Shown: one piece after another, positions 19,130 through 28,100 of the stretch
Numbering within the stretch: the stretch's first letter is position 1
How the letters are laid out: each line of letters begins with the position of its first letter
From: Chlorobiota bacterium
Lineage (GTDB): Bacteria; Bacteroidota; Ignavibacteria; Kapaibacteriales; UBA2268
Assembly (NCBI GenBank): GCA_046290495.1
Contig: JBKAGT010000006.1
Span: 50,056 to 114,055 of the forward strand
Length of the DNA stretch: 64,000 nucleotides
Reading direction: 5' to 3'
Program-made: the position numbers and the translations under genes
The notes under the pieces: generated by a model
What the model was told of the DNA's origin: nothing
Seen by the model: only the letters and a program-made list of their open reading frames with translations
Databases searched by the model: none

Positions 19130-19450
19130 TTAGGCTTCGGGTGGAGGTGTGTGAACTTCTGGATAATGATCCGAGTGTTTTTTATTATAATATATTATTG
19201 ATTTTATGTTTGTCTCGTGCATAGATAGAAATTTTTGTAGGTCATCTATACAGAAAGAACCAATTTTGTTTTGATTCTTATGATTTGTTTCGTTCTCTTC
19301 CTCATTTATCTCGTTAATAGTTATATTTGCTTTTACTAGTAACTGATTGAAATAAGGGTAAGTAGAAGTTGATAGGAACAACATAATCCCAACCAAGAAA
19401 AGCGACCTAATCTTGGATGTCTTGAAAAAATATGTTCTTAAATACTTCAT
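19130..19450 (-). CDS. hypothetical small protein with N-terminal hydrophobic segment
   Basis: 106-aa ORF with ATG start. No recognisable family. Confidence 0.45.
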   Translation of the reverse strand: MKYLRTYFFKTSKIRSLFLVGIMLFLSTSTYPYFNQLLVKANITINEINEEENETNHKNQNKIGSFCIDDLQKFLSMHETNIKSIIYYNKKHSDHYPEVHTPPPEA

Positions 19451-19527
19451 AATGTCGAAAAAAAATCTTTCTAAATATATTTATAATTATATTGAAGTTC
19501 AAATATACAAAATATTAAACAAAAGAC

Positions 19528-20370
19528 TTGACAAATCAAAAACATACTATTTCTATTGCTACTGTTAACACATTTTTTGATGGTATTAGCACTAAAAATA
19601 TGTCTTTCGCCAAATGGATATGGGTGCATCTCTACACATTTCTTAGAATGAGATTCAAAATTAGGAGAGAACAGATAAAAAGGAAAGATGATCATCCTAT
19701 AGAGCACGTGATAAAGTATCACAACCCAACTATCATAAATGCAAATGAGGTGATAAATGCCAAATGGGGCAGCGATTCTTTTAATTTACTAAAAAATAGT
19801 GGCTATGAGCAGATGGTAGTTGGAGCGTCTCCAACACCAAAGAATAATCTGACTAGATTAAATTTGGTTGCTTGCCGCGCTCCTGGTAAAAGAATAAGAA
19901 TGGGAATTGAGAATGAAGACGGTGGTAGATTTTGTTGTTTTGAGTTGGAAAGGACTGGCACACAGATAATTGGTGTGTTGGCGTCTCCTTTTTACCCAAC
20001 TCCTAGAACTAAACAAATAAAAGGTGTAATAGAGTATGGTATAGAGCAGATGAATAATGGTAAAAGAGTAGTAATTATGGGAGATATGAACTGCGAGTTA
20101 GAGAATTTACCATTCTACGATAAAATTACTGAGCATTTCCAAATTGTAACAGACGGTACATTCCCAAATCCTGAGTTGATGGAGGCAATTAATAGAGTAT
20201 GGCAGCCATTCCGCTGGCTAGGGAAATATGTTCTATCTATAAATAAAGGATATCAGAAATTAGACTATATACTAATTCCAAAGTCAGTGAAAATATATGC
20301 TACACACACCGTAACTACGGTATCTGACCACAAGAGTATAGTTGTTGAAGTGGATCCTGATGAGCTGTAG
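19528..20370 (+). CDS. endonuclease/exonuclease/phosphatase (EEP) family protein
   Basis: ORF-track start is TTG; the first in-frame ATG is at 19600. N-terminal ISIATVNTFF resembles the first EEP beta-strand with a metal-binding Asn, which favours the upstream start. C-terminal GDMNCE and SDHKSIVVEV fit EEP catalytic motifs. Confidence 0.7.
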   Translation: MTNQKHTISIATVNTFFDGISTKNMSFAKWIWVHLYTFLRMRFKIRREQIKRKDDHPIEHVIKYHNPTIINANEVINAKWGSDSFNLLKNSGYEQMVVGASPTPKNNLTRLNLVACRAPGKRIRMGIENEDGGRFCCFELERTGTQIIGVLASPFYPTPRTKQIKGVIEYGIEQMNNGKRVVIMGDMNCELENLPFYDKITEHFQIVTDGTFPNPELMEAINRVWQPFRWLGKYVLSINKGYQKLDYILIPKSVKIYATHTVTTVSDHKSIVVEVDPDEL

Positions 20371-20380
20371 CGATTAGGGG

Positions 20381-20923
20381 CTAGTTCTTTATCTGAAAAC
20401 TATTCATAATTTGTTCACCCAATTGTTGGAAGTCATCGAATTCTTCTTGCCTACAAGTCAATGTCAGAACGTAAACTTTTGGTCCTCTCATTATGTAAAA
20501 TTGCTCAAACTTTAAGTCATAGACTCCTTGCTTACCTGTAAATATTAATTTCTGATATTGATTAGATTCCGTTGTTACCAAATCACTGAAAACAATTTTG
20601 CTATCGATAATCATAGTTTTAATTTGCTTCTCAGAAAGTTCAACATACTGATCAAAAGTTATGTTGTAGGCTGATACATCTTGAATTATGAGGTTAATAT
20701 TTGTATTGAAATTTTCATTCAGTTTATCGACTGGACTAAAAAGGATAAAGCTTGTTCCCATATTGCCACTTTCATCCAATTCCCAATCAGATGGGTATTC
20801 TATTTTAAATTTTTCATTCTCTAATACAGCAATTTCAACTTCTTTTTCTTTAGAAAAAGACACTGTAATAAGAGAAAAGATAAAAATTAAAAATGTAAAT
20901 TTTAATGAGTTTATTTTGTACAT
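20381..20923 (-). CDS. hypothetical secreted protein
   Basis: 180 aa. Signal peptide MYKINSLKFTFLIFIFSLITVSFS. Confidence 0.55.
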   Translation of the reverse strand: MYKINSLKFTFLIFIFSLITVSFSKEKEVEIAVLENEKFKIEYPSDWELDESGNMGTSFILFSPVDKLNENFNTNINLIIQDVSAYNITFDQYVELSEKQIKTMIIDSKIVFSDLVTTESNQYQKLIFTGKQGVYDLKFEQFYIMRGPKVYVLTLTCRQEEFDDFQQLGEQIMNSFQIKN

Positions 20924-20980
20924 TTTTTGCCCTTTTGAGTTTTTCGTATGACAAGCTAAGTATATTCATAATATAAAAAA

Positions 20981-21000
20981 AGCCGGCATCTCTGCCGACT
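20981..21000 (-). terminator. rho-independent terminator after the 21034..21570 gene
   Basis: CGGCA-tctc-TGCCG stem, followed on the minus strand by TTTTTTTT. Confidence 0.5.
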
Positions 21001-21033
21001 TAATCAAAGGTAATTATTCTTGAATCTTAGTTA

Positions 21034-21570
21034 TTAACCTCTATCAGAATCTTCGTCATTATCTTCATCTTCATCGTCATCGCCTTCATCATCTCTGTCA
21101 TCAGTATCCTTTCTGTCATCGTGTTTCTTATCAGAGCCAACTTTCTTCACATAGAAATGAGCAACTAATTGAGGAACATCACTTCTAGGGCTAACTATTC
21201 TTTCTACACCTTTCAAATGAATAACACAGCCGCCAACCATGAAGCTAGGGTTTTCTTTTGTAAGTGTGATAGACTGCATACCGTCTTCTGTTCTTACATT
21301 CACTATTACCACAGTATTACCAGCGTCATCTACACTAATAGATTCTACCATAAAAATGCCATCACAAGGAGTAGTAACTACATCACCTTGCATTCCTCTT
21401 AGCATTACTACGTCAGTACGTCCTCCACCTTTGCCGTCTCCTTTGCCATCACCGCGTCCATCTCCGCCACCAGTGCCACCACCTGGGTTCCAATCTGCTG
21501 GGTTGAAGTTACAAGCTGCCATAGCAAGCACTAACATCGTCATTAGCGATAGTTTGAATAAATTTTTCAT
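21034..21570 (-). CDS. lipoprotein with Gly-rich N-region and poly-acidic C-terminus, hypothetical
   Basis: Lipobox LAMAAC; GGGTGGGDGRGDGKGDGKGGGR; C-terminal DDRKDTDDRDDEGDDDEDEDNDEDSDRG. Confidence 0.6.
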   Translation of the reverse strand: MKNLFKLSLMTMLVLAMAACNFNPADWNPGGGTGGGDGRGDGKGDGKGGGRTDVVMLRGMQGDVVTTPCDGIFMVESISVDDAGNTVVIVNVRTEDGMQSITLTKENPSFMVGGCVIHLKGVERIVSPRSDVPQLVAHFYVKKVGSDKKHDDRKDTDDRDDEGDDDEDEDNDEDSDRG

Positions 21571-21683
21571 TTCTATACCTTAATATTTTGTTATGAATAA
21601 GTTTAATTTTCCTAGATTCTATTATACTAACACGTCACCATGAAAATGGTAACAAAAAAGTGAATATTTTTTTAAGATTACAA

Positions 21684-22163
21684 TTACAATGAATACCCAA
21701 ACTTGAAACTCACTGGATAAAATGGAATATTTTCCATAGAGTAAGTAGGGCAAATGGCACCACCAATAAACCAATCATCTCCTATTGTATGCCGGAATCC
21801 TAAAGTGAAACTAATTGAAGTTGCTGTATTGAAAAAATCACCTGGGTCATTAGTGTCATAATACTCTTGTACTATTGCTATTCCAATGTCTAGTTTCCTT
21901 TTTAATCCTGAAATGTAATGGAACCCAAGCAAGTAACTAGGCTGTGGCTTAAATAAAACCAAAGTCATTAAAGAAACTCCTAATCTAATTCTTATACTTT
22001 GTTCATTCACAGAGTCATTAGACATTTCAATAAATTTATACTCAAGATTTGGAGATATCAACCCTTTCTGAGGTCCTTGAAATTCATTGTATATGAAGAC
22101 ATTCTTATCATTCTTCGAAAATGAGACACTGTATAAAATCAATAGTAAAAGAAAATATTTCAA
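21684..22163 (-). CDS. small secreted beta-barrel-like protein, family B copy 1
   Basis: 159 aa, TTG start. Signal peptide. C-terminus ..AICPTYSMENIPFYPVSFKFGYSL is paralogous to 23656..24135. Confidence 0.6.
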   Translation of the reverse strand: MKYFLLLLILYSVSFSKNDKNVFIYNEFQGPQKGLISPNLEYKFIEMSNDSVNEQSIRIRLGVSLMTLVLFKPQPSYLLGFHYISGLKRKLDIGIAIVQEYYDTNDPGDFFNTATSISFTLGFRHTIGDDWFIGGAICPTYSMENIPFYPVSFKFGYSL

Positions 22164-22486
22164 AAGCTGTACCCCATACTTAAACCAATGTAATGTGTTA
22201 GGACTCCTTCTTCATATTCTGATTCAATAATAAATGAGGGTGTATATGTTATTCTATAAATAATATTATCAGAATATAATCTATACCCTATTTCAAAACC
22301 AATTGCATTGTAGTCATCTTTTGATGCCACACGCTCAGAACGTGGCAAACTTTTATTTAAAAAATCACGATGGTATCGTTCAAAATAATTTATCCCTAAA
22401 TCTATTCCCTCATCAGTACCTAAGTATTGTATAAAGCCTATAATTGGATAACTATACACTAAAACCACGTCATAAAAACCAAACAT
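22160..22486 (-). CDS. family A copy 1, N-terminally truncated paralog (no signal peptide; possible pseudogene)
   Basis: 108 aa. Aligns only to the C-terminal two thirds of 24123..24632 (DDYNAIGFEIGYRLYSDNIIYRITYTP.. vs DNYDALGFNVGLREYSDSFFFRINYTP..). An in-frame stop lies 39 nt upstream of the ATG, so there is no room for the missing N-terminus. Confidence 0.45.
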   Translation of the reverse strand: MFGFYDVVLVYSYPIIGFIQYLGTDEGIDLGINYFERYHRDFLNKSLPRSERVASKDDYNAIGFEIGYRLYSDNIIYRITYTPSFIIESEYEEGVLTHYIGLSMGYSF

Positions 22487-22565
22487 TGATGAACCGTATT
22501 TAATATGAAGATAATATGAAAATTGTCAAGATTATATATTTAGAAAAACTGTTCAACTATGAATT

Positions 22566-23618
22566 TTACTTTTTAATAAACTTAATGAATTCATCATCTA
22601 TATTGAGAACATAACAACCACTAACAAGGTTTTTTATATCTAACTTATAGTCAGAATTAGGGATATTACTTAATTCTTTAACCAAGTCTCCAGATAGGTT
22701 GTAAAGCTTTATGCTATAGGGTAATTTATTGCTATTAACAATTAAGTATTCTTCAGCTGGGTTTGGGTAAACAATAAAAGAAGCTGACTTAGTATTTTCT
22801 ACTGATGAAATAGGTTCTAATTTGGTTTTGGAAATAACACCAGTATTATACTCACTTACATACATATCATCACCATTTATAATAAATCTAGTAGGCCCAC
22901 TATATGAATCAGTAAAGAATTCTGGGTAAGGGTTTGAATCAGTTAAGTCTAATTTAAATATTAACCCACTATTTGTATTACAGACATATAAATAATTTTC
23001 TCTTATTCTGACCCCATAAACACCTCCTAAGTCAGTTGCTAAGTCTTCAATAATGGGATTTTCTATAGTAATGTCAATTTTCGATATTTTTTTTGCTCCA
23101 TATTCACAAATAAATAAATCATCACCATCTATTGCTAATCCCTCTGGTTCATCGAGACCATAGACAACATCTGATAATACTGGATTCTCTTCGGTAATAT
23201 TTATTTTAGAAATTTTTCCTGCCCTGAATTCACTAATAAATAAATAATTTCCACTATGTGCTAATCCTGAAGGCCCATTTAATCCAGAAACAACTTCAAT
23301 TGAAACAGGGTTATTTGCTGTAATGTCAACCTTAGAAATTCTACCAGCAAAAAATTCAGAAATATAAAGATAATTTCCAATTAGAATTATCCCGCTAGGT
23401 GAATTCAATTCAGAAACAACTTCAATTGGGGTAGGTTCAACCTCAGTAATTTCAATTTTTGATAACTTCTTAGCATCACTTTCAACAAAGTATAAAAAAT
23501 CACCATCGATAGCTAACCCATAGGGTCCCTTCAGAAATTTTAAGATATCTGTTGTTTGAGGTAAAATTACTGTAAAGCTACAGATAAAGATAACAGTAAA
23601 GATTATAAATTTTCTCAT
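22566..23618 (-). CDS. secreted six-bladed beta-propeller protein with T9SS C-terminal sorting domain
   Basis: 350 aa. Signal peptide. About 6 repeats of about 43 aa (..GLA.DGD.LY..E....KISKI.IT..NP..). C-terminus VYPNPAEEYLIV...LYNLSGDLVKEL...LDIKNLVSGCYVLNIDDEFIKFIKK. Confidence 0.8.
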   Translation of the reverse strand: MRKFIIFTVIFICSFTVILPQTTDILKFLKGPYGLAIDGDFLYFVESDAKKLSKIEITEVEPTPIEVVSELNSPSGIILIGNYLYISEFFAGRISKVDITANNPVSIEVVSGLNGPSGLAHSGNYLFISEFRAGKISKINITEENPVLSDVVYGLDEPEGLAIDGDDLFICEYGAKKISKIDITIENPIIEDLATDLGGVYGVRIRENYLYVCNTNSGLIFKLDLTDSNPYPEFFTDSYSGPTRFIINGDDMYVSEYNTGVISKTKLEPISSVENTKSASFIVYPNPAEEYLIVNSNKLPYSIKLYNLSGDLVKELSNIPNSDYKLDIKNLVSGCYVLNIDDEFIKFIKK

Positions 23619-23655
23619 TTCGAGTACCTAAAGATTTAAATGGAAAAAAAATTGC

Positions 23656-24135
23656 CTAGAATGAATAGCCAAATTTAAAACTCACAGGATAAAATGGCTT
23701 ATTTGTAATTCCATAAGTAGGGCATATTGCAAACCCTACAAAGTAATCATCATCAAGATCATGCCTATAGCCAACATTAAAAGATACTGATGTTCCTGTA
23801 TTCATCACATATTTCTCTTGTAAAACTTGATATAATATGTTTACTCCTAGATCTAACTTATGTTCATCACCTCCAATATAGTGAAATCCACCAAGAAAGC
23901 TTGGGTAAAAAGTAAATAATGATAAACCTGTAATCCTAACAGCCCCTCTTAATCTCAAATCACCTTCATTAAGTAGCATACTATCCATCGAAAGTAATTT
24001 CATTTCATAATTCACTGAAAAAAGTGATTCCTGGGGGCCGTAAAATTCTGTGTATAAAAACATATCACTTTCTTCACAAAACGTGATGGAATATGAGAGC
24101 AATATTAGTATAGTTAAGTATTTCAAAAGCCCCAT
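23656..24135 (-). CDS. small secreted beta-barrel-like protein, family B copy 2
   Basis: 159 aa, ATG start, signal peptide. C-terminus ..FAICPTYGITNKPFYPVSFKFGYSF. Alternating hydrophobic strands. Confidence 0.6.
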   Translation of the reverse strand: MGLLKYLTILILLSYSITFCEESDMFLYTEFYGPQESLFSVNYEMKLLSMDSMLLNEGDLRLRGAVRITGLSLFTFYPSFLGGFHYIGGDEHKLDLGVNILYQVLQEKYVMNTGTSVSFNVGYRHDLDDDYFVGFAICPTYGITNKPFYPVSFKFGYSF

Positions 24136-24632
24136 CCAAAACTAAAACTAACAATTCCTCTAAACTCTTTATCTGTCAAATTATATAAAGGGGTATAATT
24201 TATCCTAAAAAAGAATGAATCTGAATATTCTCTTAAACCTACATTAAACCCTAACGCATCATAATTGTCCAATTCATACATTGAGTTAACTTCTACAAAA
24301 TCTCCATAGAAATCACTTTTATACTGACGAAAGTAGCTAGCTCCAAATTCTACACCAAACTCATCACCTATAACATGGTTTATACCTACTATAGGTGAAG
24401 AATACGCTGTACGATATCCTAGTCCAAACATAGATGCACCAAGTGTAAGATATGTTGTCTGAAGTCCTCCAAATAGCTCGAAACTGTTTACATTGTATTC
24501 CAATGTAGGTTTGAGTAGCGGCGAGTAGCCTAATATTTCACAATAAATATTGATAGTCTTTTCTTCAGATTTTAATGATAATGAAGAAAGAATGAAAAAT
24601 ACTAAAACGATATACATTGAAAATCTGTTCAA
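24123..24632 (-). CDS. small secreted beta-barrel-like protein, family A copy 2 (full length)
   Basis: 169 aa, TTG start giving MNRFSMYIVLVFFILSSLSLKS signal peptide. C-terminus ..FRINYTPLYNLTDKEFRGIVSFSFGWGF. Confidence 0.6.
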   Translation of the reverse strand: MNRFSMYIVLVFFILSSLSLKSEEKTINIYCEILGYSPLLKPTLEYNVNSFELFGGLQTTYLTLGASMFGLGYRTAYSSPIVGINHVIGDEFGVEFGASYFRQYKSDFYGDFVEVNSMYELDNYDALGFNVGLREYSDSFFFRINYTPLYNLTDKEFRGIVSFSFGWGF

Positions 24633-24752
24633 GTGTGAGCTGTTTAAATAATTGAATTAAACTAAGTTAAAAAAAAACAACTATTTGCCAAACTTTAATG
24701 ATCAAAAAAAATAAATTTCGGTATTCAAAGTCTTTTATTATATTTGAATATT

Positions 24753-25073
24753 ATGAAAACGATAGCAATCATATTACTAATTCTTGTAAACACCTTTGTG
24801 GCGTTTCCTTGCACCGACGACCATTCGTCTGAACAGGAACACCAAAGTGAGTTAGTAGAAGTTGATTGTTCTGAATTACATACCGAATTCAACGAAAATG
24901 AGGCAGAAACCTGCACTCCTTTTTGTGTATGTAGCTGCTGCCACACTCAGATAGTAGAACTAAGTAAGCAAAACTGTTGCAAGCCAATCGTATACAAACC
25001 AGACTATACTGAAAGACATTTCAATACTTTAGATTATTACAAACAACCAGACCCCTCTCCTCCAAAGGTATAA
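24753..25073 (+). CDS. small Cys-rich secreted protein preceding the heavy-metal RND pump
   Basis: ORF-track start 24744 is TTG; the first ATG is 24753 (MKTIAIILLILVNTFVAFPC). The mature part contains CTPFCVCSCCHTQ and NCCKP clusters (9 Cys in about 85 aa). Confidence 0.6.
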   Translation: MKTIAIILLILVNTFVAFPCTDDHSSEQEHQSELVEVDCSELHTEFNENEAETCTPFCVCSCCHTQIVELSKQNCCKPIVYKPDYTERHFNTLDYYKQPDPSPPKV

Positions 25074-25144
25074 ACTACTACCCAAAATTCGATTAGATGT
25101 AGTTTATAAAATCAAAAAATATTAGAAAATAATAGGTTAGTTCT

Positions 25145-28100
25145 ATGATTAATAGAATAATCGATTTCTCTGTTGAGAATCGTGTAGCTATTGGTGCACT
25201 TACTGTGTTGCTAATAGTAGCTGGTATATGGAGTATGAACAAAGTACCCATAGATGCAGTGCCGGATATAACCAACAACCAAGTTCAGATTATCACCCAA
25301 GCTCCAAATTTAGCGACAGTGGATATAGAGCAATTCGTTACTTACCCCGTGGAGTTAGAAATGTCTAACCTGCCAGGTGTTACCGAAATTCGCTCAGTTT
25401 CCAGATTTGGACTGTCAGTTGTTACGGTTGTGTTCGAAGATGATATGGGTACATATTTGCCCCGTCAGTTAGTTCAAGAAAAATTAGAAAAAGTAAGAGA
25501 TAAGATTCCAGAGCAATTTGGCTCGCCAGATATGGGACCAATTAGTACGGGACTAGGGGAAATATACCAATATAGTTTAGAGGTTGATAGTTCCATGAAA
25601 GGCAAGTACTCGCTAGCTGACTTGAGGAGTTTCCAAGACTGGATAGTGAACAGACAAATGGCTATGGTACCAGGAGTTGTTGAGGTAAATAGTTTTGGAG
25701 GTAAGATAAAGCAATATGAGATTGCAATAGAGCCAGAGAAGCTAAAAGCTATGAATCTTACCATTTCCGATGTATTTGATGCACTAAAGAGGAATAATGA
25801 GAATACAGGTGGTGCTTACATTGTCAAAAACCATTTGGCTAATTATATCCGTGGCGAAGGACTTATCAGAAACACCAAAGATATTGAGCGTATAAAGGTA
25901 GCCACCAAGGAAGGAATTCCGATTATGGTCGGTGATATTGCCATTGTCCAAATAGGTAGTGCAGTTCGCTATGGTGCATTCACAAGAAATGGTGAAGGTG
26001 AAGCAGTTGGTGGTATGGTTATGCTTCTTAAGGGGGCAAACTCCAATGAAGTAATTACAGCCGTAAAAGAAAGAGTAGAACAAATTCAATCATCACTTCC
26101 GAAAGGTATTAGGATTGTTCCATTTTTAGATAGAAGTGAATTAATTAGTGATACTACTAGCACTGTAGCTACTAACTTGATAGAAGGTGGGCTAATAGTG
26201 ATTTTCGTTCTAGTTATCTTCTTGGGTAACTGGCGTGGTGGATTAATAGTAGCTTCTACTATCCTGTTATCGCTGCTTTTTGCATTCATTATGATGTATG
26301 CCTTTGATGTCTGGGCAAACTTAATGAGTTTAGGCGCTATTGACTTCGGTATCATTGTTGATGGTGCAGTGATAATCGTTGAAGGTACGGTATTCGGCAT
26401 TACTCAAAAATTGAAAAAATCAGGCGAGAATATTGGTAAAGATGATATTAAAAATATAGCTAAGAGTTCATCTAAAAAAATGATGAATTCGGCATTCTTT
26501 GGTCAGCTTATTATTCTGATTGTATTTATTCCAATTCTCACTCTAGAGGGTATAGAGGGAAAGATGTTCAAACCGATGGCATTAACATTTGGTTTTGCTA
26601 TGTTGGGTGCTATGTTGCTATGTCTGACTTATGTTCCTATGATGTCAGCGACATTTTTAAAGAGTACGAACAAGGTTAGCATTGGTGATAAGATAGTACA
26701 TTTCCTTGAAAGATTGTACACCAAAGCATTGAGTTTTGTGATTCGCTTCTCTAAAAGCTTTATCATAACTTTAGGTGCATTACTTGGGTTTACAATTTAT
26801 CTGTTCACTAATTTGGGTGGTGAGTTTATTCCTCAGCTTGATGAGGGGGACATTGCTTTTCATATTATGCTGAAGCCTGGCTCCTCGATAGAGGAGTCAG
26901 TTAAAGCCGCAACAGAAGTAGAGAAATTAATAATGACCGAATTCCCAGAAATTGAACAAGCAATGTCAAAATTTGGTGTTTCAGAAGTTCCTACAGACCC
27001 AATGCCAATGGACATTGGTGATTGTATAGTAAAGCTAAAACCTAAAGATGAATGGTCTTCAGCGAGTACTAAAGATGAGTTGATTGCTAAAATGAAGAAA
27101 GTTCTACAAACTATACCAGGTTTGAACTATGAATTTTCTCAGCCAATTGAAATGAGATTCAATGAACTTATATCAGGTGTAAGACAAGACATAGCAATCA
27201 AAATATTTGGCGAAGATTTGGATTTATTGGCAGAGAAAGCTGAAGAAGTGCAGTCACTTTTAGCTGGTATTCAAGGAATAGGTGATATGTCTGTAGAAGC
27301 AACTTCAGGTCTATCACAGATTACAGTTGATTACGATAGAGCTAAATTAGCTCAATACGATATTGATATTTCAGAAGCAAACGAATTACTCAAAACTGCT
27401 TTTGCAGGTGGCAAAGCAGGTGTTATATTCGAAGGGGAAAAACGCTTCGATATGGTAGTTCGGCTGAATAGCGATAATAGAAAAAGCATAGAAGATATAA
27501 AGTATTTATATATAAATACACCTGAAGGGACACAGTTGCCACTTAGTGAAGTTGCTAACGTGCAATATGTGGAAGGCCCTATGCAAATTGGCCGCGACAA
27601 CACTAACAGGAGGGTTTACGTTGGAATAAACGTAAGAGACAGGGACATAGAAACCCTGATGGAAGAGATAAAAGCTAAGCTTAGCTCTGAGTTAGAATTG
27701 CCTGCTGGTTATTACATTACTTATGGTGGTGCTTTCGAGAATTTGGAAAGGGCTATGAGCAAGCTAACTGTTGTTATACCTCTTGTACTATTGCTTATAT
27801 TTATATTGATATACTTTGCATTGAAGTCATTCAAATATACTTCGCTTATCTTTTTAGCAATACCGTTTGCTACTATTGGAGGAGTGTTGTCGCTATGGTT
27901 GAGGGGCTTACCATTTAGTATATCAGCGGGGGTTGGTTTTATAGTGCTTTTTGGTGTTGCCGTTCTCAACGGATTAGTTCTACTTAATGGACTGGAAGAA
28001 CTAAAAGAAGAGCTACCAAATGCAGATATGGATGAGAGAATAAAAAAAGGAACTGTAAGAAGAGTTCGACCGATATTACTAACTGCTCTTACTGATGTTC

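Noticed and set aside
19471-19722. 83-aa minus-strand ORF
   Set aside because: It lies antisense across the EEP gene start and promoter. It is hydrophobic low-complexity sequence with no homology.
25074-25144. Hairpin AAACTAC...GTAGTTT between the Cys-rich ORF and czcA as a terminator
   Set aside because: The loop is about 20 nt and there is no T-run. It is more likely part of the czcA leader, and the two genes are probably co-transcribed.
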